From contig CAWCTR010000030.1 of assembly GCA_963798485.1 (NCBI GenBank), positions 128,001 to 192,000 on the forward strand: a stretch of DNA of 64,000 bases, given 5' to 3'. Each line of letters starts with the position of its first letter. The stretch's first letter is position 1. Both the position numbers and the translations under genes were made by a program. The notes below the pieces were generated by a model. The model was given only the letters and a program-made list of their open reading frames with translations, was not told where the DNA came from and made no database searches. This document shows, one piece after another, positions 51,422-62,148 of this stretch. Source of the stretch: an uncultured delta proteobacterium (GTDB lineage: Bacteria > Desulfobacterota > Desulfomonilia > UBA1062).

Positions 51422-51957
51422 TCTTTACCGAAACACCCCTCAAGGGTGCGTATATCATTGACATTGAGAAACTGGAGGACGAGCGCGGGTTTTTTGCCCG
51501 GTCCTGGTGTCGGCGCGAATTTAAAGCGCATGGGCTGAACCCGCAATTGGTGCAGTGCAATATCTCTTTCAATACCCTCAAGGGAACTATGAGAGGGATG
51601 CATTACCAGGTAAAACCTTTTGAGGAGGCTAAACTGGTTCGATGCACAATGGGTTCAATATATGATGTCATTGTAGACATCCGCCCTGGTTCTCCCAGTT
51701 TTAAGCAATACCTGGGCGTTATTCTATCTGCTGAAAATCGGAAGATGCTCTATATCCCTGAAGGGTTTGCCCATGGTTTCTTGACCATCGAGGATAAGAC
51801 CGAAGTCTTTTACCAGATGTCAGAGTTCTATGCTCCGGATCACGCAAGAGGTTTCCGGTGGAATGATCCGGGCTTCGGAATTGAGTGGCCGGCAAATGTT
51901 CATATAATATCTGATCGCGACCGGGATTATCCCAACTTCATTTTTGAGGAATTTTAA
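51418..51957 (+). CDS. rfbC: NDP-4-keto-6-deoxyhexose 3,5-epimerase (RmlC/RfbC family)
   Basis: DERGFFAR, RGMHYQ, KLVRC, DIRPGSP, GFAHGF, WND. Confidence 0.88.
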   Translation: MIFTETPLKGAYIIDIEKLEDERGFFARSWCRREFKAHGLNPQLVQCNISFNTLKGTMRGMHYQVKPFEEAKLVRCTMGSIYDVIVDIRPGSPSFKQYLGVILSAENRKMLYIPEGFAHGFLTIEDKTEVFYQMSEFYAPDHARGFRWNDPGFGIEWPANVHIISDRDRDYPNFIFEEF

Positions 51958-51962
51958 AGACC

Positions 51963-53261
51963 TTGAATTTTACCAACCTTAAAAGCTCAATCGCCCCAAC
52001 TGTAGCTGGCCAGGAAATGTATGCATTGATAACAGAACTATACCCGCTTTGTCGCAGCATCACCGGGAATGGATTACGAAAGACCCTTGGATTTCTTCGC
52101 CGTCATATCCCCATTGAGGTTCATGAAGTTCCTACGGGAACAAAGGTGTTCGACTGGGTGGTGCCTAAAGAATGGAATATCAAAGACGCCTATATAAAGA
52201 ATTCAAAAGGAGAGAAAGTAGTAGATTTCCAGGAATCCAACCTGCATGTCGTGAATTATAGTGTGCCGGTTAAAAAAATTGTTTCCCTGAAAGAGTTGAA
52301 GGAACACCTTTTTACGCTTTCTAACCATCCGGACTGGATTCCCTACAGAACTTCCTATTATAGAGAGGATTGGGGCTTTTGCATGAGCCATAACCGATTT
52401 TTGCAACTTGAAGAGGGAGAATATGAAATATTAATAGATTCAACCCTGGAGAATGGCTCACTGAGCTATGGGGAACTCTATCTTCACGGTGAAAGTGAGG
52501 AAGAAATCTTGATCTCCTGCCATGCCTGTCACCCATCATTGGCGAATGACAACCTCTCAGGTGTAAGTTTGGCTGCTTTATTGGCTAAACAAATCAGCTC
52601 TGTCAGGCGCAGGTATTCATATCGTTTCCTTTTCATCCCCGGAACCATCGGGGCAATTACCTGGCTGGCCATGAATGAGGATAAAGCTTTTAAGATAAAG
52701 CATGGTCTGGTGATATCGGGTGTGGGCGATAGAGGGAATATTGCTTATAAGAAAAGCAGGCGTGGAGATACGGAAATTGATCGGGTTGCTTATCATGTTT
52801 TAAAGAATTCTGAAGATGCATTTGAAATAATAGATTTCTTTCCCTACGGATACGATGAACGCCAGTATTGTTCTCCGGGATTTAATCTTCCTGTCGGCTG
52901 TTTTTCAAGGACACCATATGGTAAATATCCTGAATATCATACTTCTGCCGATAATCTCGATTTTGTCCAGCCTGGTTTTCTGGGGGATAGTTTCGTTAAG
53001 GTCCTATCGATATTGGAAATGCTGGAAGAAAATTTTTCATATTTAAATCTTAATCCAAAATGTGAACCCCAATTGGGTAAAAGAGGATTATATAATACCA
53101 TCGGGGTTAATGAGATGGCGATGCTCTGGGTTTTGAATTTATCGGATGGCAAGAACACGTTGCTCGACATTGCGGAAAGATCTGAACTAAAGTTTGATGC
53201 AGTTCTTAGTGCTGCTAAAACTTTAAGCGAAAATGATCTTCTGGAGAAGGTTGCTCAATAA
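51963..53261 (+). CDS. DUF4910-family protein (aminopeptidase-like fold with C-terminal winged helix)
   Basis: RSITGNG.R.TL, FDW.VP.EW, PYRTSYY..WGFC, CHPSLANDNLSG, DERQYCSPG, EYHTSADN, CEPQLGKRGLY. Confidence 0.85.
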   Translation: MNFTNLKSSIAPTVAGQEMYALITELYPLCRSITGNGLRKTLGFLRRHIPIEVHEVPTGTKVFDWVVPKEWNIKDAYIKNSKGEKVVDFQESNLHVVNYSVPVKKIVSLKELKEHLFTLSNHPDWIPYRTSYYREDWGFCMSHNRFLQLEEGEYEILIDSTLENGSLSYGELYLHGESEEEILISCHACHPSLANDNLSGVSLAALLAKQISSVRRRYSYRFLFIPGTIGAITWLAMNEDKAFKIKHGLVISGVGDRGNIAYKKSRRGDTEIDRVAYHVLKNSEDAFEIIDFFPYGYDERQYCSPGFNLPVGCFSRTPYGKYPEYHTSADNLDFVQPGFLGDSFVKVLSILEMLEENFSYLNLNPKCEPQLGKRGLYNTIGVNEMAMLWVLNLSDGKNTLLDIAERSELKFDAVLSAAKTLSENDLLEKVAQ

Positions 53262-53306
53262 ATTGAAAAGATCCTTCTTTTTACTTAGATAAGGAAAGGG
53301 GCTGAG

Positions 53307-54083
53307 ATGAAAGTAGTATTATTCTGCGGCGGTTTGGGTACTCGTTTGAGTGATCATTCTGGTGAGATTCCCAAACCGATGGTGAAGATCGGTTACAGGC
53401 CAATATTATGGCACGTTATGAAATATTATGCCCACTTTGGGCATAAGGATTTCATCCTGTGCCTTGGGTATAGAGCAGATGTAATTAAAGAATTCTTTTT
53501 GAATTACAATGAGTGTGTCTCCAATGATTTTACGCTATCAAATGGAGGCAAGGAACTTCGTCTTAAACAAAACGATATCGCCGATTGGAGCATCACCTGT
53601 GTAGATACCGGATTAAATTCCAATATCGGGCAGAGATTAAAGGCGGTGGAAAAATACCTTGATGACGAGGAGTATTTCTTGGCTAATTATGCCGACGGGT
53701 TAACCGATCTCCACCTGCCGGACATGATTGATGACTTTAAGAAGAGTGGGAAGACAGGGGCCTTTATTTGCGTTAAGCCGTCACAGAGTTTTTCCGTTGT
53801 TTCGCTGGGTGAAGGAAATCGTGTTGAAAAAATAGACTATGTCAAAGATGCTGATATGTATATCAACGGCGGATATTTTGTCTTCAGACATGAATTATTC
53901 CATTATATGAAAGATGGCGAGGAACTGGTAGTTGAACCATTCAATCGATTAATTCAAGAGAATAAATTGATGGGGTATAAATACGATAAATTTTGGCATT
54001 GTATGGACACCTTTAAAGAACAAAAAGAATTAAATGATATGTATGAGCGAGGTACTGCCCCTTGGGAATTGTGGAAAAAATAA
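53307..54083 (+). CDS. rfbF: Glucose-1-phosphate cytidylyltransferase-like protein
   Basis: GGLGTRL, PKPMVKIG.RPILWH.MK.Y, VDTG, YADG, INGGYF, FW.CMDT. Confidence 0.85.
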   Translation: MKVVLFCGGLGTRLSDHSGEIPKPMVKIGYRPILWHVMKYYAHFGHKDFILCLGYRADVIKEFFLNYNECVSNDFTLSNGGKELRLKQNDIADWSITCVDTGLNSNIGQRLKAVEKYLDDEEYFLANYADGLTDLHLPDMIDDFKKSGKTGAFICVKPSQSFSVVSLGEGNRVEKIDYVKDADMYINGGYFVFRHELFHYMKDGEELVVEPFNRLIQENKLMGYKYDKFWHCMDTFKEQKELNDMYERGTAPWELWKK

Positions 54084-54116
54084 CGATAAATATTAATTGT
54101 AATATAGGACAATGAT

Positions 54117-54770
54117 ATGCTCAAATTCAAATTTGCTATCAATAAGAATCGCCCCCTGAAAATATTGTGCATGGGTGCGCATAGTGATGATATCGAAATA
54201 GGCTGCGGAGGCACAATATTACGGCTATTATCAGAATATGATGATGTTGAAGTCTATTGGGTAGTTTTAGGATCAAGCGGCCAAAGAGACAGTGAAGCAT
54301 CTGCCAGTGCACATAAATTTTTATCGGGTACGAAGAAGAAAAAAATCATCATAAAAAATTTCAAGGATGGTTTTTTCCCTTACATCGGAGAAGAAATTAA
54401 AATATTTTTTGAAGAGTTAAAAAAACAAGTATCGCCGGATGTTATCTTTACCCATTACCGCAATGACCTGCACCAGGACCACCGGCTGATTTCTGAACTG
54501 ACCTGGAATACCTTCAGGAATCATCTGATCCTCGAATACGAAATTATGAAATATGACGGCGATATGGGTAACCCTAATTTTTTCGTTCATCTGGATCAAC
54601 ATACCTGCAAGATGAAGATAGAGCTGCTATTGGAGTCATTCAAGTCTCAGTCACACCATCAATGGTTCAGCGAGGATGCCTTTTTTGCGCTGCTCAGGCT
54701 TAGAGGCATTGAAAGCAGCGCTTCCGGGAACTATGCTGAGGGTTTTTACTGTCGAAAAGTAGTTATCTGA
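54117..54770 (+). CDS. PIG-L/LmbE family deacetylase-like protein
   Basis: GAHSDDIEIGCGG and HQDH metal-binding motifs. Confidence 0.88.
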   Translation: MLKFKFAINKNRPLKILCMGAHSDDIEIGCGGTILRLLSEYDDVEVYWVVLGSSGQRDSEASASAHKFLSGTKKKKIIIKNFKDGFFPYIGEEIKIFFEELKKQVSPDVIFTHYRNDLHQDHRLISELTWNTFRNHLILEYEIMKYDGDMGNPNFFVHLDQHTCKMKIELLLESFKSQSHHQWFSEDAFFALLRLRGIESSASGNYAEGFYCRKVVI

Positions 54771-54793
54771 AAGTTGATCTTTCTGGAGAATAG

Positions 54794-56275
54794 ATGGAGG
54801 ATTTGAAGGAGCGAGTGGTTCGTGGAGGATTTACTAAACTCTGCGGTCAAGCCGCAAGTTTCGCTCTTTCCCTAGTCTCAATGGCGGTTTTGGGTCGTCT
54901 GTTGGACCCGAAAGACTTTGGGCTAGTAGCTATGGTAACTGCCGTCTCAGGGATTTATACTATTTTCCTGTATGGTGGGCTTTCGTCGGCAACAATTCAA
55001 AATGCTAGCATCACAAACGAACAGATTTCGGTATTATTTTGGATCAATATACTGTTGGGGGCTATCCTCGGTTTTTTGTTACTTGTAACTGCTCCATTTC
55101 TTGTTTTATTTTATCATGAGCCTCGTCTCTTCTGGGTGTCAGTGGCAGTAGCGACAGGGTTCCTCATCAGCGCGGCAGGGGTGCAACACAATGCACTTCT
55201 TCAACGCCAATTACGCTTTGTTACAACGACAGTGATCACATTGCTGTCACAAGTGGTAAGTCTTTCTGTTGCCATCGGCATGGCTATTGGTGGTTTTGGT
55301 TATTGGGCTCTTGTTGCATCAACAATTTTTTCCACGGCTACTACAACCGTCTGTTCGTGGCTGACCACATCGTGGATTCCGGGGATACCACGAAGGGGAG
55401 TTGGGGTCCGCTCAATGGTGTATTATGGGGGTACGCTCACTTTGAATAACATCATTGTTTATATTGCTTATAATTTTGAAAAGGTACTCCTTGGGCGCTT
55501 TTGGGGAGCAAATGCTCTCGGTCTTTATGGAAGGGCATACAGCCTTATCAATATCCCGACTGATAATATTAATTCTGCGGTAGGCGGGGTGGCTTTTTCG
55601 GCATTATCACGGCTACAACATGACCCTAGCCGCTCAAAAAGTTACTTTCTTAAGGGATACTCTCTGGTCTTGTCAATGACACTCCCAATTACTTTATTCT
55701 GCGCTTTGTGTGCCGATGATATAATAATGATTCTCCTTGGACCAAAATGGAAAGATGCGGTAGTTATTTTTCGCTTGTTGACCCCGACCATCTTGATATT
55801 CGGTATGATCAACCCATTTGGAGGATTGCTCCAAGCAATTGGATTTCAGGTGAGAAGCTTAAAAATTGCACTAGTCATCGCTCCTCTGGTAATTGGTTCT
55901 TATGTCATAGGATTGCCTTTTGGACCAAGAGGTGTTGCCTTAGCATATTCGACTGCAATGAGTTTATGGCTTATTCCGCATATCATATGGTGCATACACG
56001 GCACAATGATTTCTCTAAGGGACATAATGCTAGCAATTAGCCGTCCTTTCATTTCGGGCATAGTATCTGCTTTAGTCACATTAAGTGTCCACCTGTTTTT
56101 CGTGGAATTGCTACCCCCTTTCCCTAGGCTTTTATTGGGGGGCTGTGTTATGCTTGGGACATACCTTTTGATGCTTTTATTTGTTATGGGACAGAAAGAG
56201 ATGTACCTCAATCTTCTCCGAGGATTAAGGGGGAGTTCTTCAGTTGAGAAAGTGATAGAAGATGAGATTAGTTGA
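54794..56275 (+). CDS. Wzx/PST-family polysaccharide flippase
   Basis: LGRLL.P.DFGLVAM, ALLQRQLRF, GFGYWALV, LGLYGRAY, LLGPKW; 12 or more TM segments. Confidence 0.9.
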   Translation: MEDLKERVVRGGFTKLCGQAASFALSLVSMAVLGRLLDPKDFGLVAMVTAVSGIYTIFLYGGLSSATIQNASITNEQISVLFWINILLGAILGFLLLVTAPFLVLFYHEPRLFWVSVAVATGFLISAAGVQHNALLQRQLRFVTTTVITLLSQVVSLSVAIGMAIGGFGYWALVASTIFSTATTTVCSWLTTSWIPGIPRRGVGVRSMVYYGGTLTLNNIIVYIAYNFEKVLLGRFWGANALGLYGRAYSLINIPTDNINSAVGGVAFSALSRLQHDPSRSKSYFLKGYSLVLSMTLPITLFCALCADDIIMILLGPKWKDAVVIFRLLTPTILIFGMINPFGGLLQAIGFQVRSLKIALVIAPLVIGSYVIGLPFGPRGVALAYSTAMSLWLIPHIIWCIHGTMISLRDIMLAISRPFISGIVSALVTLSVHLFFVELLPPFPRLLLGGCVMLGTYLLMLLFVMGQKEMYLNLLRGLRGSSSVEKVIEDEIS

Positions 56276-56417
56276 GGAAATTGATCGTTCTGATTAGTTT
56301 TATTCCGCTTGCTGTTAATTGAAATAAGATGTCTTTTCAATAGGCCCTCGATTCCTTTTCATAAATAACACCCGCTTTCCAGCAGCAGATGATAGCTGCT
56401 ACCAGGTGATATAAAGA

Positions 56418-56873
56418 GAGATCTATGCACAACCAACTTACTCTTAGACGTAGACCTAGATTGAGTAGATATCTCGCGATGGAAGCGAATAACAAATTGA
56501 TATTATTGATGATAAAAGGTAGTCTTTCCCTAGCAATTAAAGAGCAAGGGGAGACGCCATGTGTTTTAAGGAATACGAGAAGAACATGAGCTTCCTGGAC
56601 ATGGAACAGAACAAGACCCTGGGGATATCAAGGACAGAGAGGGGTTTGAAGGAGAGATCCATCCCTTGCGTTCAACATCAAGCGAGCATACCTTGTGTGG
56701 TCAGGAAGACGGTTCCTGTGCATGTAACCTAGGGACAGGTGTGTCAGGAGGATGCGAATGGCTACAGGGCAGAAGGGGGAGATCGGACACAAGAAGCAGC
56801 TCACATCCATGGGTTTTAAATGAAAAATGAACCATAGCGGTCTGATCTCAAACAGTGAATATGCAAAGGTTTC
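56418..56873 (+). mobile_element. Internally deleted IS5-family relic
   Basis: Degenerate IRs GAGATCTATGCACAA and ATATGCAAAGGTTTC; N-terminal fragment MCFKEYEKNMSFLDME joined to a C-terminal LAFNIKRA fragment. Confidence 0.62.
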
Positions 56874-56899
56874 CATATTTGATATAAAAAGGGTAAAAT

Positions 56900-57874
56900 A
56901 TGACAAATCAACCATTAGTGTCTATTGTTACACCTGTTTACAATGGAGAAAAGTACTTATCTGAGTGCATAGAAAGTGTGCTCGATCAGCACTATTCTAA
57001 TTGGGAGTATATTATTGTAAATAACTTTAGTATTGATAGTACCTTTGATATTGCTTCTACTTATGCAAAAAAAGATGCTCGTATTAGAATAATTAATAAT
57101 ACAAAATTTGTTGACGTTATTGAAAACCATAATATCGCTTTTAAGGCAATATCTCATGAAAGCAAATACTGTAAGGTCGTATCTGCGGATGATTGGATTT
57201 ACCCCGAGTGTATTGAGCGACTGGTTGAGGTTGCAGAGAAGTATCCATCAGTAGGAATAGTAGGATGCTATATTATTAGTAACATGGGAGTTTTCGCGAT
57301 TGATCTCCCTCTGAATACTACCTTTTTTACGGGCCAAGAGGTTTGTCGAAAGCAATTACTAGGTGTACCTATATTTAAAGCACCATCCTCTCTTCTTTAT
57401 CGCGCTGAAATGATTAGAGGAACGGAGCCTTATTTTGTAGGTTCTGCCCCAAATGCGGACTTGGATGCCTTTTTCAGAGATTTGCAATATAATGACTATG
57501 GCTGTGTGCATCAGATACTAAGTTTTGAAAGAGTACACAAAGAAGCTATAACTTGGGGATTGGTGAAATTTAATTCGTTCTTGGTCGATCGTTTAGAGTT
57601 TCTTGTTAGGTATGGGCCTATATATTTAAGCAAGCAAGAGTATGAGAAACGTATGATACTATTGCTAAATGAATATTATGAATATCTTGCTGAACGAAAG
57701 GTCAGTTTCGTGAATAGCCAATTCTGGGATTATCAAAAAAGAAGGCTTTCGGAGTTGGGATATCAGATTGATAATATCAGATTGGCTAAAGCTGTTTTCC
57801 ATAAAATTATGGATTTGTTATTCAATCCTAAGCGGTCGATCGAGAAAATAATTAAACGTCTGAATGCCGAATGA
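56900..57874 (+). CDS. Glycosyltransferase family 2
   Basis: PLVSIVTPVYNGEKYL, NNFSID, SADDW. Confidence 0.9.
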   Translation: MTNQPLVSIVTPVYNGEKYLSECIESVLDQHYSNWEYIIVNNFSIDSTFDIASTYAKKDARIRIINNTKFVDVIENHNIAFKAISHESKYCKVVSADDWIYPECIERLVEVAEKYPSVGIVGCYIISNMGVFAIDLPLNTTFFTGQEVCRKQLLGVPIFKAPSSLLYRAEMIRGTEPYFVGSAPNADLDAFFRDLQYNDYGCVHQILSFERVHKEAITWGLVKFNSFLVDRLEFLVRYGPIYLSKQEYEKRMILLLNEYYEYLAERKVSFVNSQFWDYQKRRLSELGYQIDNIRLAKAVFHKIMDLLFNPKRSIEKIIKRLNAE

Positions 57875-57979
57875 CACATCACCCGGACTCAAAAGAATAA
57901 AAAATATCTTTCTAATTTTGTATCATCTGGAATAAAGGGTAAATGAAACTTCGAAAAAGAGTGTATCGGGAGAAGAATT

Positions 57980-59434
57980 ATGTACATTCAATGCTCCACA
58001 AAGCTGCAAATTATTTTAATTGTCCTGGTGGTCGCTGCTCTTTTTAGTGATTGCTCTAAATCTGCTTCTGTCGTTAGTATTAGGCCAACTTCAGTATCAA
58101 GTATAAATTGGCCTCTCCGGATTAATACAAAAGGGAGATATCTTGAGGATCAATCAAGTGTGCCATTTTTGTTGACTGCTGATGCCGGCTGGCTTGCAGC
58201 AGTGCAAATCAGTCAGGAAGATGTAATAACCTATCTTGATGATAGGGCTGCCAAGGGATTCACTGCGGTTGAATTCATGGCTATAAGTAAATATGACCAA
58301 TCTAACGCGCCCGACAATTATTATGGACAAGCCCCCTTTACGAATGGTTCCGGGGATTGGTCTGTGAGGAATGAGGCTTATTGGACTAATGTGGATTTTT
58401 TTGTAGCAGCGGCAAAGGCCCGCAATATGGCCGTTCTTATGTTTCCCGCCTATTTAGGTTGGGGGTGTGGTTATGATGGTTGGTGTTCTGATATGCAGGC
58501 GCAAACAGATGAAGCCATGACCAGTTATGGAACGTGGATCGGGAATAGATATAAAGATTATGGCAACATTATCTGGATGGCTGCTGGTGATGCTGACCCT
58601 TCAAGTTACCCTAATGTTCAAGCAAGAGAAGAGGCCCTCGTTTCAGGTATAAAGGCGGGTGATCCGGATGCATTCTTTTCTTGCGAACCACATTATGAAC
58701 AGATAGGCGGGATAGATTCGTGCACTACATTGGTTGATATTAATAGTCTCTATACCTATGGTTTTCAGGCATCAAAGGCGCAAATAGCATATGGAAATGC
58801 ACGCCCATTCATGTTTCAAGAAGGACATTATGAAAATGAACATGGAAGTACACTTGTTCAGTGGGATTCTCAAACACTGGTAACCATATTAGGTGGTGGC
58901 CTTGTTGGTGCCGTATACGGGTGTTGTCCTTTGTGGAGTTTTGGGGCCCAGGTATCCCTATATTGTAATTCCACTTCAGCACCGTATGATTCATGGAAAG
59001 ATGCTATGAACGCCTCTGGAGCAGTGTCCCAGGGAAACATAGGAAAATTGCTGAGGTCTCGCCAATGGTGGTCTTTTATACCTGATTATACAAATGTGGT
59101 AGTGACTTCAAATAAAAATACTGAGGAGCATTATCATGCAACGGCACGAGAGAGCACTGGTGAAACGGTCATGGTATGGTGTCCTAATACAGATCAAGTC
59201 ACGGTTGATATGACTAAGATCGCAGGTACTAATGCGAAAGTGTGGTGGTTTAATCCTGACGATGCATCGACTTCTTTGATAGGCACTTATCCAACTACTG
59301 GAATGAGAAACTTCACTCCAAATGCAAGGCGAGTCTTGGTTCTTGATAATGCGGATTTAGGATTTGCTGGACCTGGGACTACTGTTTATTCAAAGAAGAG
59401 TACTCTTTCTTTGTCTAAACGCCACCCACGATGA
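57980..59434 (+). CDS. DUF4038 (apiosidase/GH140-like) domain protein with putative collagen-binding C-terminal domain; N-terminal signal, possibly lipoprotein
   Basis: RYL.DQ..PF...D.GW, YLDDRAAKGF, RYKDY.NIIW..GD, EGHYENE, WWFNP..G. Confidence 0.78.
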   Translation: MYIQCSTKLQIILIVLVVAALFSDCSKSASVVSIRPTSVSSINWPLRINTKGRYLEDQSSVPFLLTADAGWLAAVQISQEDVITYLDDRAAKGFTAVEFMAISKYDQSNAPDNYYGQAPFTNGSGDWSVRNEAYWTNVDFFVAAAKARNMAVLMFPAYLGWGCGYDGWCSDMQAQTDEAMTSYGTWIGNRYKDYGNIIWMAAGDADPSSYPNVQAREEALVSGIKAGDPDAFFSCEPHYEQIGGIDSCTTLVDINSLYTYGFQASKAQIAYGNARPFMFQEGHYENEHGSTLVQWDSQTLVTILGGGLVGAVYGCCPLWSFGAQVSLYCNSTSAPYDSWKDAMNASGAVSQGNIGKLLRSRQWWSFIPDYTNVVVTSNKNTEEHYHATARESTGETVMVWCPNTDQVTVDMTKIAGTNAKVWWFNPDDASTSLIGTYPTTGMRNFTPNARRVLVLDNADLGFAGPGTTVYSKKSTLSLSKRHPR

Positions 59435-59657
59435 ATAGCTCTATGTTAAAACAGAAAGGTGTCAATTCAAAGATAAACGATAGGTAAACACAGTATCTCG
59501 GATAAAAGATAATATATTGGAGGCATGAGGAGCAGAGATTCGTAGGGTATCTGACTGAATATGAAATGTAGAGAAAACGGGATGCTTAACCAGGGTCCAA
59601 GTTAGTAACGGCCTTGGAAAGTATCTTAGAGAGTATGTATCAAACCAGAGAGGGCAT

Positions 59658-60737
59658 ATGATGAAACTGAAGGTAGGCGATTGGGTTGAGGTCCGAAGCA
59701 AGGGGGAGATCTTGAGGACGCTCGACAAGAAGGGCTGTTTGGAGGGACTCCCCTTTATGCCGCAGATGTTTCAATACTGCGGTAAACAGTTCAAGGTATT
59801 TAAGCGCGCACACAAGACTTGTGATACAGTTACCAAGACAGGTGGTCGAAGACTTTCCAATGGAGTTCATCTCAATACTCGATGTGATGGACAGGCTTAC
59901 GGAGGATGCCAGGCGGCATGCCTGATTTTTTGGAAAGAAGATTGGCTGAAGCCTGTTGATAATAGTAAGAGCCTCACAGCGTCATCATCGAGAAAAAAGT
60001 CTGCGCGGAAAGTTGAGTCACCCGCTGGTGAATGCTGCGCGGAGGAAGATGTCTTGGCTGGAACATATTCCGAAGACCAGCATGCCATCGAAGAAATGAG
60101 ATATGTGTGTCAAGCGACCCAATTGCCTTACTTCACTACACTCCTTCCATGGTGGGATATCAGGCAGTATCTTGAAGATTACTGCTCGGGTAATGTTTCT
60201 CTGAAACAAATGTTTAATGGGTTTATTTATGCTGGTTTTTATATGTTATGCTTTCGAATATCCCGAATTTGGTGTAGCTTAAGTATCCTCCTTCGTTGGT
60301 TTTATGATAAGGTTCAAGCTCTTCGAGGTGGCCTTCCCTACCCACGAAAAGCAGGTATAATTCCTGCCGGGCAACCCACTCCAACGTGTAGTTTGAATCT
60401 CCAGCCAGGTGAATTGGTGCGTATAAAATCATATGAAGAGATTATTGCAACACTGGACACAAATAATAAGAACCACGGACTCTATTTTGACGCAGAAATG
60501 ATGCCATATTGCGGCGGGACTTATCGAATAAGGACACGATTGAATAAGTTTATCAACGAAAATACTGGTGAGTTGATAACGGTAAAGAATGCAGCCATAA
60601 TCCTTGACGATGTCTGTTGCCAAGCCCGTTATAGCGATTGCCGTATGTTCTGTCCAAGGAGCATTTATCCATGGTGGCGTGAAGTTTGGCTTGAAAGGGT
60701 TACCGAAGTTAACTTGTATAATTATGGTCTTCAATAG
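59658..60737 (+). CDS. Uncharacterised Cys-rich protein with internally duplicated domain
   Basis: LKVGDWVEVRS..EI..TLD..F.P.M..YCG..WKEDWL repeated as LQPGELVRIKS..EI..TLD..F..EM..YCG..WREVWL. Confidence 0.8.
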   Translation: MMKLKVGDWVEVRSKGEILRTLDKKGCLEGLPFMPQMFQYCGKQFKVFKRAHKTCDTVTKTGGRRLSNGVHLNTRCDGQAYGGCQAACLIFWKEDWLKPVDNSKSLTASSSRKKSARKVESPAGECCAEEDVLAGTYSEDQHAIEEMRYVCQATQLPYFTTLLPWWDIRQYLEDYCSGNVSLKQMFNGFIYAGFYMLCFRISRIWCSLSILLRWFYDKVQALRGGLPYPRKAGIIPAGQPTPTCSLNLQPGELVRIKSYEEIIATLDTNNKNHGLYFDAEMMPYCGGTYRIRTRLNKFINENTGELITVKNAAIILDDVCCQARYSDCRMFCPRSIYPWWREVWLERVTEVNLYNYGLQ

Positions 60738-62148
60738 CCTTCAATTCCTTGTTTTTTTCATAGCTGTCTATTCGATCTATCTGGTGCTGGGTCACCGAGC
60801 TCAAAATAGGTTCTTGCTGGTCGCGAGTTATGCTTTTTATGCCGCCTGGGATTACAGATTCCTTTCCTTGCTTATTATCTCAACCACTATCGACTATTTA
60901 ATAGGTTTAAGAATTGCCGACAACAAAAGTCATATGGTCCGGAAACGACTGATTTCGAGCACTATCATTTTTCACCTAGGGCTGTTGGGCTTTTTCAAAT
61001 ACTTCAATTTTTTTGCTGATGGTCTAAGTGGATTGGTTGCCCTGATAGGCTTTTCAGCTTCACATTTTACCTTGGATGTAGTACTGCCGCTGGGCATCTC
61101 ATTTTACACATTTGTATCCATGAGTTATGTGATTGATGTTTATCGTGATCGGATTACACCATGTCGTAATTTCTTAGACTTCGCCCTTTTTATAGCCTTT
61201 TTCCCTCCGTTGGTATCGGGTCCGATCGGACGGGGGCCTTTATTGATTCCTCAAATCCTAAAGCCTCGCGTAATAACCCCTGATAACTTGGCAGACGGCT
61301 TCTTTCTTATCATCTGGGGCTTATTCAAAAAGGTTGTTATTGCAGATAACCTGAGTTTCACAGTGAATGAAATCTTTGCCAAGAGCCATGGATTTGTTGA
61401 TGGAGAGGTGTTCATTGCTGCACTATTTTTCACATTCCAGATCTACGCGGACTTCTCCGGATATACTGACATAGCACGTGGAATCTCGAAGCTGATGGGC
61501 TTTGATTTGATGCTGAACTTTAATCTGCCATATTTTGCCCGTAACCCTAGTGATTTCTGGCACCGATGGCATATAAGCTTATCCAGTTGGCTGAGAGATT
61601 ACCTTTATATACCCCTGGGTGGTAACCGCTACGGAGAGATCAGGACGTACCGGAATCTAATCTTGACTATGACACTAGGGGGGCTTTGGCATGGGGCCGC
61701 CTGGAATTTTGTATGCTGGGGGTTTTATCATGGCATCGTACTGACCGCACATCGTTTTTTAGGCCGAGTCGGTTTTATTAACCCGGATCGTCAGCACGGG
61801 TTAATAATAGAGGAAGTAATTAAGTACAGTTCGATCGGTGTAATGTTCATATTCACCATTTACGGCTGGCTGCTTTTTCGAGCGAATAGTTTAACACAGA
61901 TTGCCAATATGACAGCAGCCATCATGAATCTATCGCTTAACAGTTTTGTTTTCAGCAAAATAGCAAAGCTGATATTTTATATATGGCCGCTGATATTTAT
62001 TCAGATATGTCAATACTACTCTTCGGATCTCCGGATTGTAACCCGTAGCCCCAGACTGTTGCAGGCGGCTATGTATTTATTGTTGCTGTTTTTCCTTATG
62101 GTGTTAGGAAATTTCGATGGAACGTCATTTATCTATTCCCAGTTTTAG
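60724..62148 (+). CDS. MBOAT family O-acyltransferase (AlgI/DltB-like)
   Basis: MVFNS..F, FKYFNFF, LPLGISFYTF, GLFKK..IAD, DFSGYTD.A, FW.RWHISLS.WLRDYLY, GLWHGA. Confidence 0.93.
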   Translation: MVFNSLQFLVFFIAVYSIYLVLGHRAQNRFLLVASYAFYAAWDYRFLSLLIISTTIDYLIGLRIADNKSHMVRKRLISSTIIFHLGLLGFFKYFNFFADGLSGLVALIGFSASHFTLDVVLPLGISFYTFVSMSYVIDVYRDRITPCRNFLDFALFIAFFPPLVSGPIGRGPLLIPQILKPRVITPDNLADGFFLIIWGLFKKVVIADNLSFTVNEIFAKSHGFVDGEVFIAALFFTFQIYADFSGYTDIARGISKLMGFDLMLNFNLPYFARNPSDFWHRWHISLSSWLRDYLYIPLGGNRYGEIRTYRNLILTMTLGGLWHGAAWNFVCWGFYHGIVLTAHRFLGRVGFINPDRQHGLIIEEVIKYSSIGVMFIFTIYGWLLFRANSLTQIANMTAAIMNLSLNSFVFSKIAKLIFYIWPLIFIQICQYYSSDLRIVTRSPRLLQAAMYLLLLFFLMVLGNFDGTSFIYSQF

